NCBI GenBank assembly: GCA_964270895.1
Contig: OZ185439.1
Origin: Podarcis filfolensis
Lineage: Eukaryota
Reading direction: 5' to 3' (one strand)
DNA: 64,000 nucleotides
Shown piece by piece: positions 13,374-23,099 of the stretch. Numbering within the stretch: position 1 is the first letter of the stretch; each line of letters starts with the position of its first letter. The position numbers and the translations under genes are program-made. The notes below the pieces were generated by a model. It was given only the letters and a program-made list of their open reading frames with translations, made no database searches and was not told the origin of the DNA.

Positions 13374-13512
13374 CAGGGATGGTGAACTTATGGCCCTCCA
13401 GGTGGTTGCTGGACTGCAGCTCCTACCAGACCCAGACAAGCACAAACAGCTACAGAGGGTGATGGGAATTGTAGTCCAGCAACAACTAGAAGCCAGAAGT
13501 TCCCCATCTCTG
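13374..13512. repeat. Palindromic hAT-derived MITE
   Basis: Ends CAGGGATGGTGAAC / GTTCCCCATCTCTG are imperfect inverted repeats, with internal gggaattgtagtcc. No clean TSD. Confidence 0.6.
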
Positions 13513-16500
13513 TATTGGACTGTGTTTTGGGCATGCGAAAAGAGGGTTAAAACTATACACAGTACAAGATACAAAATCCAGTTGGGAAAGAGAGAATGTT
13601 ACCTTGTGCAAATGGAAGAACACCTCTGGATTTCACTTCATTGTGAAATGTTCTGCCAAGTAGGATCCGATCTTGCTTTGAGTGGAAGGGCACCTTTGGA
13701 TCCACGTGACTCTCTTTGAAGTTAAAAGAAGAAGAAAAGCTCATGCCACAGTCGTACCACTCCTTATGCAGAAGGAGATCCGCATCCAGCAATCTTCCTT
13801 CTTCCTTTCTCTCCCAGGCTATGCTGTACCTGTGCTACGATGGCTCATGGCCATAATTTTTACAAATATTCTTGGGAAAAAATAAAAATTACTTTTCATT
13901 AAAATCATCATAATATGCCCTGTGACCTTCAGGTTACTCATCTGCTTAGTTTTGGTAACTCTGCAATATTGGGTGTTTCCAGACCATTCACTGGGCCTTT
14001 CTCCAAGATGAAGCATTTTAAGCCTGCACCCAACTATTAGGACTATGTCAGGCTGGAGGGGAGTGGCTTACCCAAGAGATCTGTTTGTGGCTGTTCAACT
14101 ATTACCTTAAAGACTTGCGCTAATTAACTTTGCACTGCCTGATACTTTGTATAAGGAATAGCAAATGCTGGGCAGCCTATTTTCTGTCAAAAGGAGGATT
14201 CCTTAGTGTGTGTTTTTTTTGGGGGGGGAAGCAGGGAGGTAATCGATCCATGTCTGTGTGTGCATTTGCCCATGCCAGTGACAGAGCTAGAATTAATGAT
14301 TGGCAAAGCCAGGGACATGCCTTCTGGACTGGCTAATCCAGAATAAAGGTGGATTTGCTTCAGTTTTCCCCATGGCTACATCAGGTTTGAATTACCAGTC
14401 CTCTGAATTTCAAATTTCGAATGAAATTATTTCTTTCTGATTTCAGTGGGGGGGGGGGAGAGACAGACAGATGGACAGACGGACATCCACACTGTACATT
14501 TAAAGCTCATAACTTCCCACAAAGAATCTTTAGGTTGTTAAGGGTGCTGGGAATTGTAGCTCAGTGAGTGGTAAACTACAGTTCCCATGATTCTTTAGGG
14601 GAAGCCATGGCCTGGATGACAGAAACGTACCAGTTTGTTCTCAGACAGCTGGGGGGAGGGGGTTATTGTGGGACCCACATTTCCCACCTGTATTCTAAAG
14701 TAAGGGGTCAGCATCGAAGAACCACATAGCCTTATGAAATGGAGGCAGCAGAGTGTAGAGCAGTGCCACAAAATTCAGCAAATATACAATGATGGAATAA
14801 AGCTTGCTTTACTGAGGGGGTTCTAAGCATTGTGCTGAATTGTGACTAAGAGTGCTTCCAGATAGGAGTTTATTATGGAATTGGTGCTGCTCATGTAGAC
14901 AAGGCTTGGTTTTGGTTTTTGTTCTTTTTTTTAGTTTCCACATGACATCATTGTCATTAAAATACTGGTCCATGCTTCAAAAGTAATAATAATAATATTG
15001 ATCTCCCCTTACTATAGAAAATCTGATAAGTAAAAGCAGCCCATTAAGACATCTGCAATTACAGCTGGTATGGAAGCTTGTTAGCATTTTGGGGCGTGTG
15101 ATTTGGGTGGGTGGCTTCTAACACAACACCCCTATACTTCCATTTGCTTCCCAGTTGAGCACAATCTAACCATTTTCTTCCTGGTAGCTCAAATGATATG
15201 AGTGGGCTTATTTCCACCAACTGCGACATGTTGAAGGCACATTTGAATTTCAGCAACCTGATTAGGAAAGGCTGTTTTTCAAGATCTCTCTACTGTGTGG
15301 GGGGGTATGTACCTCTGAGACTATGGGCTCCTCCACATTTACCTTTTGCCCCACACTTTCTAGGCTTTAAAATTAGATAAAAATATTTATCCCTCTTGTG
15401 CAAAAACCTTGGTACTAAAAATTAGAAACAAACAAACGGAAATGTCCACCCTCCCCCACAAAAAACCAAAAACTACAAGTCTCTATTTTTGCTTATTGTG
15501 AAACAAGATAACCAAGGCTTGCAACATTTGCTCTTGTGAACTTCCTGAGAATTGTTTATGAAAAGGTGTCCTGAATAGAAAAAGTTTGTACAGTTTGTGA
15601 TGTAGAAGTGGGGCAACAAACCCACATGGGTGGAAAAACGATGAATACGCAGGATTGAGAAAACTGGGGTGTGTGGAAGCCAAATACTCACACAGAGAGA
15701 TTGTATCTGAATGACCCATTTGTGATATAAGGCCCCAGTCTAGAAACACAACTGCGTGCAATTGAGTCAAATCTGGTAAACAAGAATAATAAGAATTGGA
15801 ACCGTTTGTGCTGTTCTGTAGCTAATCCCTTTTCCTCATCAGATTTTAGCTCCACTTCTGGCTAGCGTTATGTGTATATGTAATAAGGCTGGTACTTTGA
15901 AAAACTGCGATGTCCTGTACCAAAATCGTCATTTGGGCAAACATTTCGTCCCTTCAGCCTCACAGAAATTCTGTAAATGCTGTATACAGTATCGAGGCTC
16001 TTTTCTCTGCCTTTACCAAAATAAAAATAAAAATGGAATTAATCTGGTGGCCATGTGGACATCTATAAGGAATAACAATCTGCTTAAAAACACAAAACGC
16101 TAACTAGGATTCAGACTGCTGTTCAAATACACTTACCAGGGAGTAAACCCCGTCAAGAGAGTGGGGCTTACTTCTAAAAAGACACTTAGAAGAGTGCACT
16201 GTTAGCCAAATTCTGCCTAGCATACAACTGAGTGATGGTTATGCAACCGCACAATTTAGTCACAGTCGTGGGCAATACTTAACACATGAGTGTATACGAT
16301 CTAACAGAAAGTCAGGATGTTACTCCATTGAATGATTATAATTTTTAGTTTAGAGGCAATTATGAGTGTACTTACTACGAGGAAGCTATGGAAGAAATGG
16401 CAAAGATTTCTGAGGAGAGAATTCTGATTATACCTCAAGTTACCAAGGAGAACACTAGATGTATTTCAAAATGCTTTCTATTTTAAGGATTGTTCGTCGC

Positions 16501-17193
16501 AATAGTCTGACAGGATATATTTAGAAGCGGCAGAGGTCCCCCCCTCCATCCCCCCTTCCTTGTCTGGGAAAATTCATACTACTTTATGCCAATATGGTTA
16601 TAAATCACATAGTAAACTTTCCAGTTTCATGGAAAAATGGCAACCCTCCTCAGCTTTGGTGTCTGATAGAAGGAAGATAAGTAATAAAGAGTCTCCTGTG
16701 TGAGAAGAAATAGGGAGAGCCTGCTGTTTTAATTTTGTTCCCAGCGGTGGGCCGAACTTTGTTCTTTCAGCGCCAACCTTCATGACTGGCTTGATTATAA
16801 TGTTGGAATTCAATCCCTTGCATATCTTTGGGTTTGGAGCCATTAATGGAGTCTCCAGGAAGAGGGAGACATCTCCTGCAGGAACATAACAGTAAATAAA
16901 ACTAATAACACACTGGATTTACACACAGTAATTTACACACAGATTATTCGAATGTGTAAGTTCACAACAGTGTCAGATTTTATTTCTATACCTTTAGATG
17001 CTGCTGCTTGAAATACAGTTCAAAGGAATTTCGTTTGTATTTCTTGGGACATGGGAGAACTGTAGTGTCTCCCACCCTTCTTTCATTCTTATTTAATAGT
17101 TGAAATGCATGTATTTTAACACAGTGCACAGTCCAAAGAATACCATGTATGAATAGGAATATGATATGTATGTGTGTGTGAAATTTAAAACTA

Positions 17194-17773
17194 CCGTATT
17201 TTTCGCCCATAGGACGCACCTAGATTTGTTTGGGGGGGAAATAAAGGGGGAAAAAATATTTCCCACCCCAGGCGTGGGGCAGGGGCGGGGGAAGCCCAAG
17301 CTTCCCCCAACCCCAGCCCCGAGAACGGGACCCAGAGCCATGCTGAAGCTGCGTGCAGTTTGGCATCGCTCTGGGAGCTTGCGGGGCTGGCGACGGGGAG
17401 GAGCAGGCTTCTCCCCCCGCCAGCCTTCTAACCAAGTCGGGGGACAGCGGAAAAGGCGCGCTGCGCCTCCCCGCTGTCCCCTGAGTTTGCGGGGCTGGCG
17501 ACGGGGAGGAGCAGGCTTCTCCCCCCCGCCAGCCTTCTAACCAAGTCGGGGGACAGCGGGATGGCGGCGTTCCGCCTCCCCGCTGTCCCCTGAGCTTGTG
17601 GGGCTGGCGGTGGGGCTCTCCTGAAGCCTGGAGAGCGAGAGGGGTCGGTGCGCACCGACCCCTCTCGCTCTCCAGGCTTCAGCGAAAGCCTGCATTCGCC
17701 CCATAGGACGCACACACATTTCCCCTTCATTTTTGGAGGGGAAAAAGTGCGTCCTATAGGGCGAAAAATACGG
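17194..17773. mobile_element. Tc2-like (CCGTA-type TIR) non-autonomous DNA transposon, 580 bp, GC-rich
   Basis: TA TSDs (17192-93, 17774-75). TIRs of ~26 bp CCGTATTTTTCGCCC(T)ATAGGACGCAC. Internal ~108-bp tandem units and a 62-bp perfect palindrome. Confidence 0.92.
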
Positions 17774-18479
17774 TAGTTGTTCCAAAATGAAGATTAAAAG
17801 GATGTTTATAGCATTCTGATGACTGCTGGTTATTATGGGGACAACCTAAGAAATGGGTAGGGGTGCAGCTGTGTTATACCAATGAGCTCAAACAAACATT
17901 TAATGGCTTGGTCAACAAAATCTCAAAATGGTGGAGAAGAATTCTCATGAGAACGCCAGAAGGATGTGAATTCTGTCCTCTCATCTTTTTTTTTAATTTC
18001 TAAGTTTCTGCATAGCATGTGACAATAGGGTCCCATTGTTTTTACATTTGATTTTACTCCAAATGCTCATACATCTTTAGGCTAAAAAAAAAGTTCATTG
18101 AATGTTGCTGGTTTTCTTTTTACACTTGTGCATTCTGCTCTAGGCTTTGTAATAATTTGCACAGTGGGAGAGGAGCCAGGCATCTGTCCATCAGAACATA
18201 GGAGACTGTGCTTCTTAGAACCAGCTACCAAATTCCTGACAATATTATAGTTAGTGGCTTATGCATGTAGCCATCCATTCAGTTCCAGGTTGGAGGTGTG
18301 AGTAATTCAGATTAATCTTTGTGTATTCTACTTGCCCAGCAAAAGTTGGCCCTGTTCACCAGTTCCCCTACCCTTATTTCTTAAGAAGCTTCTGATTTAA
18401 TAGAGGAATCGCCATTGAGTTTGGAACTACTGTAGTTTTGAAGTCAGTTCTGTTGTCATTTGGATTCTCTGCAAGGATC

Positions 18480-18870
18480 TTTTTAAGATGTTGATAGAGT
18501 GCCTCTCCCTATATCAGCCTGCCCCTTTCTTAAGATCCAAGGAGTGTCTTTAGCATGTCCTATCACTGGTGGAGATGTGGTATGTGGTGATGCAGAAGAG
18601 AGGCTTCTCTGTGGTGGCACCCTGTTTGTGGAATATCCTCCCCTCAAGTGAGATTGGCTCTGACAATATTGTTTCACCAGGGCAAAACCTATTATTTGCC
18701 CAGGCATATTATGGTTTAGTTGCTTATTAGCCTGCTTTGTTATTTTTATCTCCCTCTATTTGTTTTGAGGGTTTCGGTGCTGGTTGTATGGTGGTTTTTA
18801 AAGTTTTGCACCCTGGCCAAGTATCTGTAGATGAAGGGTGAGTTATAAATATTTTTAATATATTAAAAGG
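18480..18870 (+). mobile_element. L2-clade LINE 3' fragment
   Basis: One frame reads RGFSVVAPCLWNILP (typical end of L2 ORF2), followed by a T-rich 3' UTR and tail. Confidence 0.7.
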
Positions 18871-19348
18871 AAATAGTTGGCCTTCAACCAAGTGTGATGT
18901 CAATTGGCAAACAAATGGATATTTCTTTCTATTCTTTTTCTAAGCCACTCACCTCTTATTTTAAGTTAGTCTATCATAAAATATACATGCTGCTCTCAAA
19001 TTCTTTTATGTCAATTTTTTTTAAGTCATAGGATCTTGTTGGTTACGGTTAGCACTTTAAATAATATAAAGTTTGATGGGATCCAAACATGCATTGTCTC
19101 CTGCTTCCATTATGTTATCCATGATGTAGGCCAATAAAAAACAAACTTTGCAGTCTCATTAATACAAAGGGCCTTGGAAACTTGCAAATTGCTCAAAATA
19201 ATTAAAACTTCTGTAAATTGGCTTGTTCAGGATGACTTATCCTGAGTTTGAAACCTCTTCCACTGTTTCAACTTCTGATTTGTTTAGGGGAAGAAGTGAA
19301 CAGATGATCAATGAGAGCTGAAATATGATCTGAGGAGCCTCATGAGTA

Positions 19349-19594
19349 CAGTGGAACCTCAGGTTGCGAACGTGATCCATGCAGGAGGCACGTTCGCAAC
19401 CCGCAGTGTTCGCGTCTTCGCACGCACGTGACACTATTTGGCGCTTCTGCGCATGTGCAAAGTGTGATTTAGCGCTTCTGCGCATGCGCGAGCACTGAAA
19501 CCCAGAAGTAACCCGTTCCAGTACTTCCGGGGTTTGGCACATCCATAACCCGAAAATGTGCAACCCACAGCAATCGCAACCTGAGGTATGACTG
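19349..19594. mobile_element. pogo/Tigger-like MITE (246 bp)
   Basis: TA TSDs. TIRs CAGTGGAACCTCAGGTTGCGA / TCGCAACCTGAGGTATGACTG. CpG-rich interior. Confidence 0.88.
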
Positions 19595-19837
19595 TACTCA
19601 GGGCTTTCTCCCAGATCTCTGTTTTCATCTTGTGGTAGCTAACCTGTGTAAGCTGTATCATAACTCTAAGATTCTGTGGGCCTCGCTGCTTCATACAGGG
19701 CACTGGTGGTGACTGAAACAATGAGCAAGTGAAATGAATGAAAATCCCAAGCCTTGAAAACCGTTGGTATAATAAGATCTAGAGCTCCAAATATTTAAAC
19801 AATAATCAAGGACCTGTACTTGTAGGGTCAGTAAGTA

Positions 19838-19974
19838 CCATATTTTTCCGTCTATTTTGGGGGACTCCAAATTAAGAAAACATCCCTCAGCATTACCAGT
19901 GTATAAGACGAGCCCCAATTTTAAACCTTTTTTTTTTTGTAAAAAACCCTAGTCCTATACATGGAAAAATACGC
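19838..19974. mobile_element. Tc2-like MITE remnant
   Basis: TA-flanked CCATATTTTTCCGTCTAT ... TATACATGGAAAAATACGC imperfect TIRs. Confidence 0.65.
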
Positions 19975-20110
19975 TAGTTCTTTGTGTGCATGGTTGAATG
20001 TGCTGCTCTGGTCCATTGTAACTAATAGAGAAAAACTGCTCACAATTTAGGGGAGCTGGCTCTTGAAGTTATAAAATGGCTAATCCTTTTCTTCTTGGTT
20101 TATCTTCCAG

Positions 20111-20140
20111 ATCTACGCACAACGAGCTAGAAAAGAACCG
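20111..20140 (+). CDS. MXI1: MXI1 30-nt coding microexon (exon 3 by human numbering), basic region: (R)STHNELEKN(R)
   Basis: ...tttatcttccAG|ATCTACGCACAACGAGCTAGAAAAGAACCG|GTAAGT. It has a polypyrimidine tract, a CTAAT branch motif at 20080-20084 and a consensus donor. It translates to the MXD-family basic motif STHNELEKNR and is phase-compatible with the next exon. Confidence 0.96.
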
Positions 20141-22044
20141 GTAAGTTACTGATAAACTGTCTTCCTGAGAATGCAAACTTTTATCAGTGTGTCTAAATGT
20201 TAAACCCTTCAGTTTGCCCTGGCAGCCTGGAAATGCCACATTGCACCAGGTGAGTGCTTTTTTCAAAACAGAACAAAACAGCGTGCACACACAGACACAC
20301 ACACACACACATCCATGCAAAGATCTGGAAAGAAGAAGTACCTCTCTTACCCTCCCCGAAATGCAAAGAAGTGACCCATTTTTGCAGCTCATCTGTATGC
20401 AGAAGAAATACTGTTTCTCTTCTCTTTGCAAACTGAAATCTGATTGGGTCAGTGTCCATACATGAGGTTGCTAGGGTATCGGATTTCTCAGACACTACAT
20501 GTTAAGGCCTGTCATAATCCCTGCCTATTGCAGGGAAATGGCATTGTCCAATGGCTTTTAAATCTGGCTAGCCATTGCTCCTCTGGAGTGGTGCTCTTGT
20601 AACGTGCTTCAGGATGCAGCCCGCTTATCCTTGAGCCCAAGTTTTTCAGCAAGCCATGCAGTTTTGTTGCTTGGCTAGCTCTACTCTATGACTCATCTCC
20701 TTTGTAACAGGAGTTAGAGTAATATAAATACTACTGAGACAACAGGGACTTAGTTCACACGCAGATCGGGTTATGGCATTGCTTTCAGGATGCTATCATT
20801 GTACCCAGGCTTCCTATTTATAAACGTATCTTCAGGATTGGGGAGGGTGGATGTAGGGAGGCTGGTTGAATCACTGTTCCCAGGCTCACTGATATGGTCC
20901 TGTGGAAGGGAAAACCTCTTGCATGGGAAGGGGAGACTTACTCAGACCGCCTTCCGAATCCACTGATAGTGAAGAGGGGACCTCAGGCCTGCGGCTCCAA
21001 TGGGACCCAACCACCTCTCTGTCTGGCTGTTGGCCACACCACACCCGTCACAAATTCTGCCTCATCAACTCCTTGAACAGGTGCGGAAAACCCTTTTGCC
21101 CTGCAGATGTTGCTGAACTACAACTACACCAGCCCCAGCAAACCTGGATGATGGTCCGAGGTGATGGGAGTTCAGTCACATCTGGAGGGGCAAAGCTTCT
21201 CCACACCAACCTCTGAATGTCTTCTGCCTGCCCTCGTACTCTGTATCTTGCTTGCCTGGGTGGAGAATAGAGAGGGGGCTGTATGAGTTTGGGTAGAAAT
21301 TAGCTTCCTGTGCAAAGGTAAACTTCACCTTTGCTGCCTTGCTCACTTTTGCCTCAGGCCCTCTCCACCCCCGGCATGTGGCCCTCTGGTAAGGTGCTCA
21401 GATTGGAGCCCAACCCTCGGTCTGAAACGGGTTCCCCCCACGCCACCCGCAGCAGGGCCATCTCCAGCTTAGCATCCTGGCTAAAGACACAGCCACAACT
21501 CTCTGGCTGGAACAGCAGAAGTTAACGTGCTTCCACAAAATCAAAAGGTTCTGTGTGCACACCAGCGTCCCTCTGTCACAGCAGCGCTTTTTAGTTTTTG
21601 TTTTGGTGTCCTGCCTTGTCCCCTGACATCGCAAGCCTGTTCTTTGTGGGTTTCCTGTGTATGTTTACTTCCTTCTGCAAAGGGCTGGGGGTTGGGCCCG
21701 TTGTTGTTGTCGTCTTGAGCTGAGCTTGCAATTTCAATTAACGATAATGCTAAAAGTGCACACAGCTGTATGCTTTTGAGGCAGCAATAGTTTTGTGAGG
21801 GGGAGGGGATTTTAGAAAGGGGGGAAAAACACTAGGGGAAATTCCGATAGGTCTGTGGGAATGCAAAGGAGGTCAAGTTCTGAAAGAAAACAGAGGGGAG
21901 GGAGCAACAGATGCATAGGCACAAAATCAAATGGGAGAAGCTGGGCTTTATTTTCTTGCCTGCAAAGGGCCATCGACCACAGTGGGAAGGACTCAAGAGC
22001 CCTTTTTATGCATTCAGGTGTACAGGGGTGGGATTAAAGTGGAC

Positions 22045-22061
22045 GTGTGTGTGTGTGTGTG

Positions 22062-22102
<41 letters not shown>
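22045..22102. repeat. Compound (GT)n-GC-(GA)n microsatellite
   Basis: Read directly. Confidence 0.95.
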
Positions 22103-22108
<6 letters not shown>

Positions 22109-22273
22109 TCCTTCATGTGTTCAGTGCAGAGGGGGCGCTAAACAATTTTCAGTTGAATCTGGATACACTCTACCCTGTGATTGGAACCCCTGTACAAAGG
22201 GAGGCTTCTGGGCATGCTCAGTTGAATGCAGCCAGAATCTCCATGGGAACCCAAACATGGAGAACTTCAGGCC

Positions 22274-22473
22274 NNNNNNNNNNNNNNNNNNNNNNNNNNN
22301 NNNNNNNNNNNNNNNNNNNNNNNNNNNNNNNNNNNNNNNNNNNNNNNNNNNNNNNNNNNNNNNNNNNNNNNNNNNNNNNNNNNNNNNNNNNNNNNNNNNN
22401 NNNNNNNNNNNNNNNNNNNNNNNNNNNNNNNNNNNNNNNNNNNNNNNNNNNNNNNNNNNNNNNNNNNNNNNNN
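22274..22473. other. Assembly gap (200 N)
   Basis: Run of N. Confidence 1.
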
Positions 22474-22891
22474 ATTGAGAGAAGGGGTACTGTAACGCTG
22501 TTTGCTCATCAAAAAAAGGGAACATCACAGGAAAGGAGGAAGTACCCAAGTTGCAAAGAACTGATATTAATGTTTACAGAAGTCACATCCATGCCACACC
22601 ATATATTTAAAGCGCTCTTGCGCCACCTTAGCAGTCATGGTTCCTATGCAATTGTACCTCTGCCAAGGGGTCTCTGAACAACTTTCAGCCTCCTTAACAT
22701 ACTACAGTTCCCAAGATACTTTAGCAGCATAAGAGTGCTAAACTGTGATAACTAGCACAGGATATTTCTGAGATTTTGACTTCATGATGTATTCCTAAAA
22801 GCTACTGGGGGGAATAGTTACAATTTTAGCTTTTTGCGGGTATGCCTAAATAATGCCCTTTGTCAGTATCTTTATCGCCCCAAAGGACTTA

Positions 22892-23099
22892 CAGTGGTAC
22901 CTTGGGTTACAAACGCTTTGGATTACAAACTCCGCTAACCTGGAAGTAGTTACCTTGGGTTGTGAACTTTGCCCCAGTTTGAGAACGGAAGGCGGCAGCG
23001 GGAGGCCACATTAGCAAAAGCGCACCTCAGGTTAAGAACAGTTTCAGGTTAAGAACGGACCTCCGGAACGAATTAAGTTCGTAACCCGAGGTACCACTG
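22892..23099. mobile_element. pogo/Tigger-like MITE (208 bp)
   Basis: TA TSDs. TIRs CAGTGGTACCTTGGGTTAC / GTAACCCGAGGTACCACTG. Confidence 0.9.

Noticed and set aside
17375-17615. Regularly spaced repeats resembling a CRISPR array
   Set aside because: Eukaryotic context; whole units are duplicated with no unique spacers, and there are no cas genes.
17093-17785. Several Arg/Gly/Pro-rich ORFs on both strands
   Set aside because: They come from the GC-rich tandem and palindromic interior of the MITE; no transposase motif.
1-20110. Search for MXI1 exons 1-2 (SID; EHGYAS...TANR)
   Set aside because: No matching translation found by eye; they presumably lie upstream of the window (intron 2 >20 kb).
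21931-22677. Longest ORF (248 aa) and overlapping ORFs
   Set aside because: Open only because they run through a dinucleotide repeat and 200 Ns.
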